64,000 nt of DNA, taken from assembly GCA_038087875.1 (NCBI GenBank), contig CM075994.1:2606001-2670000 (forward strand), in the 5' to 3' direction. Both the position numbers and the translations under genes were made by a program. Each line of letters opens with the position of its first letter. Within the stretch, counting starts at the first letter, position 1. Source of the DNA: Malacoraja senta. Taxonomy: Eukaryota. Below the pieces are notes generated by a model. It had not been told where the DNA came from, made no database searches, and saw only the letters and a list, made by a program, of their open reading frames with translations. Shown piece after piece: positions 11,132 through 23,565 of this stretch.

Positions 11132-12107
11132 TAGTTAAGTGGAGACCTGATAAAACGAGATGAAAGGGTAGACAGTCAGAACCAGGTTGGGAATGTCAAT
11201 GACTAGACACCATAACTTTAAGATCAGAGAGAGGGGGAAAGTTTAAAAGAAAAAAAGTTGTGTAAGGGAAGATTAAAGGATTTTTTTTTACACTAAAAGT
11301 GTTGGGTGCCTGGCGCCAGAGTTGGTGGTAGAAGCAGATACGATAGTGGCATTTAATAGGCTTTTAGATAGACACATGGATATGCAGGGAATGGAGGGAT
11401 ATGAATCACATGCAGGCAGGGATGATTAATTTAGCTTGGTATTATATTTGGCATGAACATTGTGGGCCAAAGGGCCTGTTCCTGCGCTCTACTGTTCTAT
11501 GTTCTATATTTGTTAGTTTGTTTTTAATGATCCATTTCATTACTGCCAATTCATAAATTATTCATGAATCACGATTTATTTTTTCGGTCCTTTAACAACC
11601 ACAGCAACAGGGCCAATTGCAACGATATTTTCAAGCATATTCAGGAAGAACTGTGCCATACATATATAACATATATATATAAAAGATAAACTGCATAAAA
11701 CTGGGCCTGGTGAGATAAGGGATAAATGATTGTCAGACTTTTACGCTCAAGTACATCTTGCTTGGAATTTATGCTGTTGTCTTCTTAAATATACACAGTG
11801 TAACCATTCTGTTCATTATAATTCCACGGGGAGGTTAGGCCCAAATGGGTCGCAGCTTCATCACTGCTGAATTACTCTGAAATCAAAGCCTATTGGGAAC
11901 CTTCATTTATATTATTTTTTACAGCAATCCGCAGTCCGTTACCTATTTCAATGCTGTGTTTCCAATGCAGTGGGTGGAAAATGCTGCAGTTTGCCTCACC
12001 CTCTATGTATATCTGCCAACGTCAGACTTGCAGACAGGCTCCATTATTGACCTCGAAAGAACAGCTTGGTATCTTACAAGGACAGTTAAATATAATATCT
12101 TTCCTAC

Positions 12108-12238
12108 CTATAGTACCGATCATCTTTGTAGGGAGTCAGTTCATCCTTTAAATCCATGTAAGCACCTTTCACCTTCTTGTAGAAATATTTTAGTTCTTTG
12201 TAGAGGGGATTTTCAAAGGAAGGATATTCTGCATCCAT
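12108..12238 (-). CDS. TMEM181: Probable distal alternative first coding exon of TMEM181: MDAEYPSFENPLYKELKYFYKKVKGAYMDLKDELTPYKDDRYY(R)
   Basis: gcaagctATGG Kozak, 131-nt open frame, then AG|gtagga donor (phase 2). The peptide closely resembles the long TMEM181 isoform N-terminus as I recall it (MDAEYPAFEPPL...DLTPFKDDRYYR-LAPMRLY). Confidence 0.75.
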
Positions 12239-12681
12239 AGCTTGCTGGTTCTAATGTGGCAACAATCCTCGTTCAGTTTTTATAACCTCTGGAAACAATG
12301 AATATGAAGTCATCGGGATCCAAGGAAACATCGTTTTATTCTTTGTGATGAAAGCAGATCAGCTGACCTTTTGTTCAGAAGAGATGATGTTGGGTGGTAA
12401 AACACATAGAGCCATCTGTGCATCAATGAGACGCAGGCTGCAGTTCAGCAGCTCAGTGATACACACAGTGAATAGGCAACTTAACCCTTTCCCTCCATTA
12501 CCTCACTGCCTGTCCAAAAGAAGCACTTCAATTTATCTCTGAGAGATCGGTATTTGAAGTGCAAGTATGAAATTATCACCTTGCTAAATGAAAATTGTAC
12601 CACCTTACAGACTGAGATTTTCATCTCACTAAAAGTTCTGTATCTTTAAACAAAAACCTACATTTTAATATTATATGTCCA

Positions 12682-14585
12682 AAAACCGAAAGATTCAACA
12701 CATCTTTTAAAATTCCCTTTTAAAATAGCTACAGAAAAATTTAAATACTTGGGAATCGAAATTACTAGAACATATCAAGGTATGTTTAAGGCAAATTTTG
12801 ATCCCCTACTTAATAAATTAAACACACTAATTAAATTCTGGAAAACGCTCCCGATGTCTTTAATAGGCCGAATAAATGCAATAAAAATGATCTTTCTACC
12901 ACAAATTTTATACCTATTTCAATCGATTCCTATATACTTACCAAAGAAGTTTTTTAAAAAACTCGACTCAGATATCACTAATTTTATGTGGGACTATAAA
13001 TCACATAGAATACAAAAAACTCATCTGAATAAACCTAAAGTATTAGGGGGTTTAGCACTACCTAATTTTATGTATTATTATTGGTCAGTAAATATTAAAA
13101 ATATGATTCAACTGATGGATAACTCCGCCCAGCAAGTGGACTGGATTGTAATGGAGAATGAGGATTGCTCCTCTGGAAACATTGGAGCGATCCTCCTCTC
13201 TCCAATGAAACTGAATAATATAAATTATAATAAGAACCCAATTATTCATAGTACAATCCGAATTTGGAAACAAATAAAACAAAATTTAAAATTAAGAAAT
13301 TTATCACTTTTATTACCCATAGTTAATAACCCTTTGTTTAATCCCTCTATTATAGATAAAGCTTTTACACATTGGGATAGACTAGGAATTAAAACGTTCG
13401 GTGACTTGTATGAAACTGGAAAATTACTTTCATTTCAACAATTACAAATAAAATATAAACTCGGAAATAATCAATATTTTAAATATTTTCAAATATGCGA
13501 CTATTTGAAAAAATATACAAAAGATCATTATAATAACCCAGATGTATTGGATGAGGCAATGCAGATAAAAGCTGAATCAGCATACTTAATATCATATTTG
13601 TATAATATTATCTTAAATGTAGAAATACCATCTACAAAGGGTATCAGAAGAGACTGGGAACAAGAGTTAGCTATTAAAATTTCAAAGGAAAGTTGGAATG
13701 AACACTTATTAAATGTGCATAAATGTTTGATTAATGTAAGACACACTTTAATACAATTTAAAATTTTACATAGATTATATTCTTCCAAAACTAAAATTCA
13801 TAAAATTTTCCCAAATGTATCATCTATTTGTGATAAATGTCAATCCCAAGAAGATACTATAGCGCACTCATTTGTTTTCTGTACAAAAATTCAAAAATTT
13901 TGGAATGAAATTTTCGAAATCTTTACAAAATTATTTAAAATAAAACTGATACCCAAAGCAGAATGGATTATCTTCGGAATAACGGAAGATGGTCCAGAAC
14001 TAAATGTGTTTCAAAAGAAACTAATAGACTATGGGTTAATAACTGGAAAAAAGCTAATCCTAAAATTTTGGAAGAAGGCTCCAATACCAACTATAAACAT
14101 GTGGATTTCAAATATGTTCGAAACATTACACCTAGAAGAGATAAGACTCCTCCTAGCAGGTAAACCAGATCACTTCCACCTGACGTGGTCTGCATTTATA
14201 GAATTATTACAAATATAGGGTGCAAAGGTACCTTAAAAAAATTGAGGTCAGGTAATGGGGGATGATAGTTGAAGAGTTGGTATGTCCCATTTGTTTCTCT
14301 CTTTTTCCTCTTTCTCTTTCTCCTTCTTTTCTAGGGTCTATTTCTTAACTCTTTTTCTTTTGTTTTTAATTTTGTTCTTATAGGGTCTTTGTCCTTTTTT
14401 GTTGTCACATTTTCTACACTCTCACTTTTTCCTTCACTTTCTTCTTTCTTTCAATCTTATCCTTTCCTTTTACTAGTGTAAAAAACAAATGGAGTACATT
14501 AATTGTAAGAACATAAGTGACGAGTACTAATGTATGTGGTTGTAATGTAATGTACTTCTAATAAATAAAAAATAAAAAAAATAAA
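12682..14585 (+). mobile_element. Young 5'-truncated L1-clade LINE with an intact ORF2 C-terminal frame
   Basis: Uninterrupted frame 12683-14218 (FKYLGI RT motif, C-terminal CDKC...H...C zinc knuckle), pyrimidine-rich 3' UTR and A-rich tail. 15-bp TSD AATATTATATGTCCA (12667-12681, 14586-14600) at a TTTT|AA site. Confidence 0.92.
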
Positions 14586-15329
14586 AATATTATATGTCCA
14601 GTAGAAGTTGTAATCATTATGAATTCCCAGGGATTAGAAGTTTTGGAATAAAGATCCTTAAAACGTAGCAAGACAGGTTCAAGGTGATCCTACCTCAAAT
14701 CACATCTTCCTATCCTCACCCTATTCCACAGAGGCCTCTCTCTCCATGATTTGTTAGTTCGCTCACCCCTCCCACTCCCCAGGCACTTTTCCATACAATT
14801 CATAAGGTCGTAAGGGATAGTAGAATTAGGCCATTCAGCCCATCGTCTATTCCGCCATTCAATCATGGCTGATCTATCTCTCCCTCCTAACCCCATTCTC
14901 CTGCCTTCTCCCCATAACTTCTGACACCTGTACTAATCAACTTAACCAAGACGGGTAGACGGTCAGAATCTTTTTACCAGGGTGTCAAAGACTGCTTAAA
15001 GGACTGCCTTCTGTGTGGGGCAAGTTTTCTTCGCAAAGAGTGATTGCCTGCAACACGCTGTCAGAGATGGTATTGGAAGCAGATAGTGGTGCTTAAGAGG
15101 CTTTAGAGAGGCACATGGATATGCAGGAAATGGAGGGATATGGATCATATGCAGGCACAGGAGATTAGTTCAACTCAGCTTCATGCACAAATCAACATAG
15201 ACATATGAGCTGAAGGACCTGTTCCTGTGCTGTATGTTTTGTTGTTTTGAACTACAGGTGGTGCAACACCTCTCACAACACCTCCTCTCTCACCTCCACA
15301 GGGACCACAACAGCCCTTCCAGGTGATAG

Positions 15330-16165
15330 AGGTTTATTGTAGTCCAGGTAGCTGTGGGAGTCAGTGGATTTGTGGTAAATGTCAGTGAATAGGTTGACTC
15401 CCACAGCCATCTGGATTATCCCGCCTCCCACTCTGTCTCTTGTAAGGACACCATCCCTTTCTCCCAGTTTCTCTGCATCTTCTGCATTTGGTCTCAATCT
15501 GAGGCCTTCCTTCTTTTACAGAAAATATGGCTCCCACCCTCCCCCATGGTTGACCATGCGCACCCATATCTCCTCTACATCCCACACATCCGCTATCTCG
15601 TGTCTCCCGCCCGACAGAACACATTTCCACACAGTAACATCTGCATCCAATGCATCATTCTTCGATATTTCACCATCCCACCATCTGTCTTTCGGCTTTC
15701 CACAGGCACCTCTTCCTCTGTCATTCCCTGATTTGCTCATCCCACCCACTTCCCAGGCACTTACTCCTGCAACTGAAGAAGTCCCTGCACCTCATCTCTC
15801 TCCACCAATCAGGAACCTAAATAGCCCTTCCAAGTGAGACAGAGATTCACCTGCACCTCCTCCAACCTTGTCTATTGCATTCACTGCCCTCGATATAGCC
15901 TCCTCTACATCTGTGATACGAAAAGTAGACTAGGCGACCTCTCTGCTGGACACATGCGTTCTGTTCACATGGCCACCTGGGGCTCCTGGTTGCAAACCAT
16001 TTTAATTACCCTTCCCATTCCCACACTAACCTATCTGTCCCTGGCCTCCTTCACTGCCAGGGAGAGGCCAAACGCAGATGTGGGAAACAGACTAGGTGGA
16101 CAGCACCTCTGTATAGTCAGTGAATAGGTTGACTCCCACAGCCATCTGGATTATACCGCCTCTGA
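15330..16165 (+). mobile_element. Degenerate Penelope-like element fragment
   Basis: GIY-YIG-like RQRFTCTSSNLVYCIHCPRYSLLYICDT (15834 onward) and an inverted RT-thumb-like DIYHKSTDSHSYLDY; a 39-bp block repeats at 15381 and 16116. Confidence 0.7.
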
Positions 16166-18681
16166 TTCTGGTACTCTGATTCTGATTTTTTGATATATTA
16201 ACTCCCAGCTGAGGAACTAATCTCTTGTGCAGCATCCGCTTGTGTGGCCAATAACCAAGTGATGGTTCAAAATGTAGAAACGCTTTCTCCCGTTCACCCC
16301 ATCCCATGCCAGGTACTTCCTCATAAATGTCACCAATCTGACAGAAACAATGTCCATTCCACAAATTCACATCAGCTCTGCTTGGTCATACAATAAATCA
16401 GCTCCCTGAACATAATAATAGGACGGAGCAGTGTCAGAGTGATTTAATCAAAGGAAAATCTGGAGCTCTTTGAGGATGTGACTGGTGTCACTTGAATTCT
16501 CTACTCATGTAAACTCAGTTACTAGGATCATTCAGACTATACAATGAAAACACACAAAACTAGATTCAAATCTGCCCTACATTATCTTCACTTCCTCCTT
16601 CCAATGACCCCGAGTCCTTTCAAGTGAAGCAAATGGTTTCGCTTATTTTTTTTTTAGAGATACAGCATGTGAATCTTTGATGATAAGTCTGACATCTTGA
16701 GGTAGTGCTTTCTGCAGATCCCTTTGATGGTGGGGAGGTCAGTATCTGTGATGGACTGGGCAATATCCACCACTTTCTGTAGCCTCCTTCATTACTGGGT
16801 ATTCGAGTTATCAAACCAGGCCGTTATGCAACCAGTCAGGATACTCTCTGCCGTACATCTGTAGAAGCTTGGTGGGGTATTCGGCCACATGCTAAATCTC
16901 CTCAAACCTTATAGGAATTGGTGAGCTTTCTTTGTGTCAATGCTGGGTGCAAAACAAATCAACAGTGATGTGCATGCCAAGGAAATTGAAATTGATATAC
17001 TCCAACACCATTCCTTTGATGAAGACAGTTCCATGGATACCCAGTTTTCTCTTCCTGGTCAACAATCCTCTACTTGATCTTGCTGACATTCTGAGTAAGA
17101 TTGTAGTTCTGGCACCATTCAATCAGATTATCAATCTCCCCCCTGTACTCCATAGACCCACAACCCTCTGTGGAAAAAGCCATCTCTTAGCTTCCTATTA
17201 AATCTTTCCCTACTTGCCTTAATCCTATGCTCTATTCTTGATTCCCCTATCCTGTGAAAAAGACTGTGTATTCACCCTATCTATTCCCTTCATGATGTTA
17301 TACACGTCTATAAGATCACCCTCAGCCTGCTGCATTCCAAGAAAAAAAAGTCGTGTGTGCAGTTCTGGTCACCCAGCTATAGGAAGGATGTTATTAAATT
17401 GGAAAGGATGCAAAAGAGATTTATCAGAATGTGAAGTAAAATATAAAGTGCTGGAAGAACTCAGCATCTGTGGAGGGAATGGATAGGCGATGTTTTGGGT
17501 CAGATTTCCTGTTCCTCGACCATGATCTGACACAGGCTCACTACCACAGCCACGTGTGTTTCCTCAACACTTGCCTGTGCTGCCAAGTTCCACATGGCTT
17601 CCACTTCAATTTCCAGGTCCTTCTGTTCAGGCCCAACCAGAATCTAAGGTACCAATCTAGAAGGGTTCTGACTCGAAACGTTGCTTATGTATTCCCTCCA
17701 CAGCTGCTGCCTGACCCGTTGTGTTGCAAAGGGAAAGGTACAATTCTCAGCATTGTAGAGCATCAGTTCCAGAGACAAAGTCCAATGTCCACAATGGGGG
17801 TAAAGGTAAATCAGACAATATCCTAGTTTATGGAAGGACCGTTTCAGAAGCTTGATAACAAAGGGAAAGAAGATGTTCAAGAATCTGGTGTTGAAACTTC
17901 TGTATCTTCTGACTGACAGGAGCAGGTAGGGGAAGGAATGACTGCGACAGGACATATTTTATTATGCTGACTGCTTTTCCAAGGTAGCATGAAGGCGCAT
18001 CTATAGAAGTTTGTAAGTCATTGGAGACAAGCTGAATTTTCTCAGTCTCCAAACAATTTCACCACAATGTTACCTGGCCTTGCAGGCTTGAGTTATAGCG
18101 AGTTGTTGGATAGGCTGGGATTTTATTCTTTAGAGCATGGGAGGATGTTGGGTGACCTTATTGAGATGTACAATATCATGAAGGGCACAAATAAATTAAA
18201 CGCTCGCAGTCTTTTTCCCAGGGCAGAGAATTCCAAAAAAGGAGGGCATTGGCTTATGGTGACAGGAGATATTTAAAAGGGACCTCAGCACAACTTTTTA
18301 ACTCAGAAGTAGTCCATATCTGAAATTAGCTCTCAGGGGAAACCATAAAAGTGGATACAGTCACGACTTTTAAGAAATTTGGACAGATATATATATATAT
18401 ATATGGATAGGAAATGTTTAGAGGGCTATGGGCCAAGTGCAGGCAAATGTGACCTCCCAGTATGCCAATTTGGTCAGCATGGACAAAGTGGGCCCCAATA
18501 CTGCTTGCCTTGCCATGCTTTGGTAACCTCATTCCAAGTCAGTAAACCACACAGGTTAACACTTTTTCCTCCATAAATTCTACAGACCCAAGTATTTTTA
18601 GAGAACACTCATCACAGATGCAATTATTTTTGTTAAGCACAATAAAGATAGTGCATATTTGCTGAATATTTTTTTAAATGT

Positions 18682-18727
18682 TTTAATGTTTTAAACATCA
18701 CCCATAACAGTGCAAACTGTGTTTAAT
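18682..18727 (-). terminator. Candidate SOD2 polyadenylation signals (ATTAAA at 18722-18727 and 18682-18687)
   Basis: Variant hexamers 60-105 nt past the stop codon, followed by U-rich sequence; usage not verifiable from sequence. Confidence 0.35.
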
Positions 18728-18786
18728 AATAACATTCCAAACGAATGCTGGTAGGACTCTGCTACTCCAATTCCAGTTGAGGACAT

Positions 18787-18932
18787 TCATTTCATGGCGG
18801 CTTTGAGTCTCTCTTCAACATTTTCCCAGTTGATAATGTTCCAGATAGCTTTTAGGTAATCACCCCTTACGTTCTTGTACTGAAGATAATAGGCGTGCTC
18901 CCACACATCTATTCCAAGTAAGGGATTTAGAC
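18787..18932 (-). CDS. SOD2: SOD2 exon 5 ([48 protein letters not shown])
   Basis: DVWEHAYY Mn/Fe-SOD signature; AG acceptor; TGA at 18787-18789; 146 nt. Confidence 0.97.
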
Positions 18933-19375
18933 CTTGAACACAAATTTATGAGTTAATCCCCTTGCATAATCAATAAAATCTCAGATTTTGTGGGGTTTTT
19001 TTAAAAAGGGAATGAAGAGAAACATAGGACAAAATGGCTACCTGAGCTTGTTAATTGAATCGTGGCTTTCTTTTTGTGTTGTAAGTCCAACAAAGGATTT
19101 TCTGATCAAGGGTCTCGACCTGAAATGTCACCCATTCTTTTTCTCCAGAGATGCTGCCTGACCTGCTGAGTTACTCCAGTATTTTGTGTCTATCTTCAGT
19201 GCAAACCAGCATCTGCAGTTCCTTCCTACACAAAGCATTTTCCTTGTTTTTTATTTACATCACCCTTGGCAGGAAACGCCTCACTGCTACTCTGAATCTA
19301 CTCCAAACACTCCGATCCATCTAATGAGTCAGATGCTAAATAGCTAATCTTCAAATGGAGACACAAGAAACTGAC

Positions 19376-19555
19376 CTGTTGTTCCTTGCAGAGGGTCTTG
19401 ATTGGGACAAGCTGCAAGCTGTAACCTTCCCGAATCCTTTTTGTATCCTAGCCAGCCCCATCCTGAGCCTTGAACACCCACTGACATTGCAGACATCATC
19501 TCCTTCAATTTCTCAAAGGAACCAAAGTCTCGTTTGATCATTTGCATTAGCTCTC
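19376..19555 (-). CDS. SOD2: SOD2 exon 4 ([14 protein letters not shown]...GSGWGWL...NQDPLQGTT)
   Basis: tgcag| acceptor, |gtcag donor, 180 nt, MnSOD motifs including the catalytic Gln. Confidence 0.97.
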
Positions 19556-21165
19556 CTGCAAATAAAAAGAAATGTGGTTAAGATTCATTCATCAATTCAT
19601 CTAACCTCAATGTAGTTTCTCACAAAAGAATTTCCATGGCAAAATCGTAATTATTAAAGAATGTGAACATTTAAATCGTCGCGGGCATTTCAGAGGACAG
19701 AATGAGAATGCATAACCAATATTTTTCACCGTCTCCCAAGAGAGGTTTAGTTTAGTTAATTGTCACGTGTACTGAGGTACAGTTAAAAGCTTTTGTTGAG
19801 TGCTAGAGAGGATACATAGTATAGATTCACACAGTAGAATGTACATAACTGATAAAACAATTCACATAATTTATCTTATAAACTGTGCTTCCATACAGCT
19901 GTATAGACATGAGAGACAAAGTTGTTCTGAAAATATATAAATCTCAAATGGAGATTTCACTGGATAGTGAAAGAAATGTGTGCGCATTGGGGTAGAAGCA
20001 CAGGAAAGAGCCAAAGGGGGGAGGGGGCCAGGGGGGAAGGATGTTGCTTAAAATTGGATAATTCTCATGGAGAATACTGCAGTAGCTGGAATCTTGAGCA
20101 AAACAGTGCTGGAGGAACCCAGTGGCTCATGCAGCATCTATAAAGGGAATGAATGGACAAACAATGTTTTAGGCTGGGAACTGAAACGTCATCTCTCCAT
20201 TTCCCTCTACAAATGTTGCCTAATCTGAGTTCCTCCAGAATTTTGTGTTCAGTTAACCCTCAAAAACAAGTATGATTGGTCTCTTGCTAATTCACTTCAA
20301 TGAATAACAAACTAAATTGGTGCTGCCTGCTCTTTTAAATTTCAAGGAATCAATGAGGGTCCTGATACATGCCTACTTTCAGATAGCCTGTGTGTGTAAA
20401 TGGGGAGGTGCATTTTGACAATAAAAAGTGAGAGAAATGTATGAAAAGTGGAATTGATACTTTAGGTAATGGCTAAATACTCAAGACAGCAAACATCAAG
20501 GGTTTCGGATAATGACCTTGTGGTCCTGGAATAAGTTGAAGGGGAGGTTGGTCATTAAACACCAATTAAATGTTGGAACGTCATTAAGCAGCAACCTCCA
20601 TGCAAAAATTGGGGCAATAATACAGGGTCTCCCTGCTAATTCGGATCAGAAGTGGATAATAATCATATTACATATAATTACCGCAATATCTCCAGATGTG
20701 GCAAAATCTCCAGATGTGGTAAAAGAGGCGATCAATGCAGTTACAAATGACCAAAAAGCACAAATAAATCAATAGGACAATGTTTTGGATCACAGACAAT
20801 TAAGCTAGGATACATTAATGTTATCTCTTGCCCAAAAGATTCTCGGTCATATATGGTACTTTCAGATCAAAACCCATCAGAGGAAAAAAAATAGTATTGT
20901 TGCACAGAGTAGGCATTTCACAGCAAAACAAAGTGCTGGAATAACTCAGTGGGTCAGGCAGCATCTGTGGAGGGAATGGATAGGCAATGTTTTGGGTGGG
21001 GACCCTTCTTCAAAACTGATTGTATTTGGCTGGGGGGAAGGGAGGGGCAATAGAGGTGAGAAAGCAGGGAGAGAGATGGGGGCAGGTAAAGACAAACAGG
21101 CGATAGGCAGGTACATGTGAGGCTGGTGTGATTATTAGATGGGTGGGATAAATAACAAAGGCTAA

Positions 21166-21357
21166 AGGGCCGGCGTCATATCAATGTCGCCAAAAGAGTT
21201 TGAACATTTCAAAATCCAGCGGCGACAAAAAATGTTGCGACACTTGAAAAAACACCGCGCGTCATACGTCATCACGCCACAAATTTTTCGGTGAGCTGAT
21301 ACATCAGTCAATGATGCCGGCTGTCGCCGAAAAAAATCGCCAAGTGGGACAGGTCCT
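21166..21357. mobile_element. Probable PIF/Harbinger-type MITE with a damaged left TIR, inserted in a Penelope-derived repeat
   Basis: TAA on both flanks (21163-21165, 21358-21360); termini AGGGCC.../...AAGTGGGACAGGTCCT; CpG-rich interior. Confidence 0.5.
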
Positions 21358-21815
21358 TAAAGATGAAAAGGAGGCAAAGGGTGTCAGATAAGGAGAGGAG
21401 TGAAAAGTAAAGCACGAGGGAGGGATATAAATGGAAGGCGACAGGAAAGAGAGGCTGGATAGTGAAAGAAATGTGTGCGCATTGGGGTGGGAGCACAGGA
21501 AAGAGCCAGAGAGTGGGGAGGGAAAAAATAATGTTGCTTAAAATTGGAGAATTCAACGTTCATACTGTTGGATTGTTAGGTATCCAAGCGGAATACAAAA
21601 TGAAATTCCTCCAGTTTACATGTCACCTCACTCTGGTATGGAGCAAACCCAGGACAAAGGAGTCTGTATGGGAATGTATTCCGTACGTGGTTTTACAGTA
21701 TTGTACTTTAAAAAATATTTATAAATTCATTATTTTACAAGTGCAATGTGCTGTTTTTAGTTATTTGAGCACAAGCATTCCACATTAAGCCCAAATTCCC
21801 ACAATTCAAACCTAC

Positions 21816-21932
21816 CAGTAGGTTCCCCTCCACCGGACGGAGACAGATTAGTCCAGAAGATTGAGTGATTAATATGACCACCACCATTAAATCGTAATGC
21901 AGGCTGCAAAGCAACCTGAGCTGTGACATCAC
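21816..21932 (-). CDS. SOD2: SOD2 exon 3 ([39 protein letters not shown])
   Basis: ttttag| acceptor, |gtagg donor, 117 nt, [13 protein letters not shown] motif; this frame is not in the ORF track. Confidence 0.97.
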
Positions 21933-23178
21933 CTAAAATATATTAAGGAAGTTATTAAGATCAACTCATTTTATGAACAGTTATTCTAGGTGTGAGATTG
22001 GACACAATAAAACCACATCTTTCCTTAGTGGAAAACCAAAGAGTGAGATTTGTACATAACCCACTACTGAAGTAAGGAAAAGTGCTTGGATCTGGTTAAT
22101 CCCCCCTCCTCCATGACTGCTGTAAGAACTACCCGGATTCTTCTTTTGTACCTTTTCCTGGGGAAAATGTAGCAACTGTTCCCTGCACTTTCAAGATTTT
22201 CTTCCCAAACAGTAGTCAAAATTGGCGGGAAAATTAAGCAGAGGGCTTCACACTGCTTCAACGATTTATTATAACTTCTTTACTATCTTTTTCATATCAC
22301 TACACAAAATGAGAATCACCAGGACTTTGTCAACCACCTTCTTCAAAGGTTTGGGTGTATGCATTCACCATTTCCTCAAAATAATTCTTTCTGCGCCTAA
22401 AATTTAATTTAGTTCTTGTCTTGTTTCAGTCCGTTTTCAGTTTCAGATTAGTTTATTGTCATGTGTACCGAGATACAGTGAAAAGCTTTTGTTGCATGCT
22501 ATCCAGTCAGCGAAAAGACCACATTACAATTCAACCAAAATAATGTTTATTTCACCAGCCATGTCCACCTGAACACTGTCACTACTTCAGAGAAAAATAG
22601 AGGGAAACAAACCCTTCGGCCCACCAAGTTTGTTACTACTACCAACCCCATCTACTCTAATCCTATTTTATTCTCCCAGCATCCCCATCAATTTTGCCAG
22701 ATTAGACCACATCCCAAAGGCATGTGGGTTTGTAGGTTAAAATTAGCCCCAGGGTTGCAATGAGTGGTTGAGGAAGTGGAATAACATAGGACCAGTGTGA
22801 ATGGGTGATTGTTGGTCAGCATGGACTCGGTCCCAGCACCAATTATCTTTTCATATTTCTAAACACATGGAAGCAAACAGCCCATGAAGCCTCAAGATTT
22901 AAGTTATGATAGCAGCCTAGATGTCATTAGGTTCTTGGTGGACCAATCCAGCCCCATGCAATTCCTGCAGCCCTACACGTTATTTCCTTCATGTGTCAAT
23001 CAACTTTCTTTTGGAAATCGTCCTTCCACCACCCTGAAAGGTGTTGAGTTGCAGGTTACTTCCATTTGTAATGTAAAAAAATTATACGTTCTCAAATCTC
23101 TTGCCCTGAGCATGCAAACCATAGCAGACTTTCCTTTTTCAGACATTGGTTGTTTTTCCCTTCCTTGTTCGTATTTTT

Positions 23179-23565
23179 GGCGGTACAGTGGCGCAGCGGT
23201 AGAGTTGCTGCCCTTTAGCGCCAGAGACCTGGGTTTGATCCTGATTACGAGTGCTTGTCCGTATGGATTTTGTTACTTTCTCCCCGTGACTGTTTTTTTC
23301 TGGGTGGTCCATCTTCCTCCCACATTCCAAAGCAACAGAAATATCCCGCTGAGTTACTCCAGTATTTTGTGTCCAACTTCGGTGTAAACTAGCATTTGCA
23401 GTTTCTTCCTACAGGTTTGTGGGCTAATTGGCTTCAGTAAAAATCGTAAATTGTCCTTCGTGTGCAGGATAGTGCTAGTGTATGGGGTGATCTTTGGTCG
23501 GCATGAACCTGGTGGACCGAAGGGCCTGTTTCCACGTATCTGTAAAGTATCTCTAAAGTCTAAAG
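23179..23565 (+). mobile_element. tRNA-derived SINE (HE1/V-SINE-like) interrupted by a Penelope-derived fragment
   Basis: A box TGGCGCAGCGG, B box GGTTTGATCC, and CR1-like 3' tail 'ccgaagggcctgtttcc...tctctaaa'. Confidence 0.75.

Larger units (their letters stand above)
9040..11510 (+). mobile_element. Old CR1 LINE 3' fragment, split by a Helitron and an L2 insertion
   Basis: CR1 sequence (…ctggattagagagta|ttagctata…; …ctggagcctcag…gtggagacctgata…) resumes after each insert and ends in a CR1 3' tail at ~11460-11510. Confidence 0.75.

Noticed and set aside
12749..14218. 489-aa ORF as a host gene
   Set aside because: It is the C-terminal part of an L1 ORF2, bounded by a TSD and an A-rich tail, with no true start codon.
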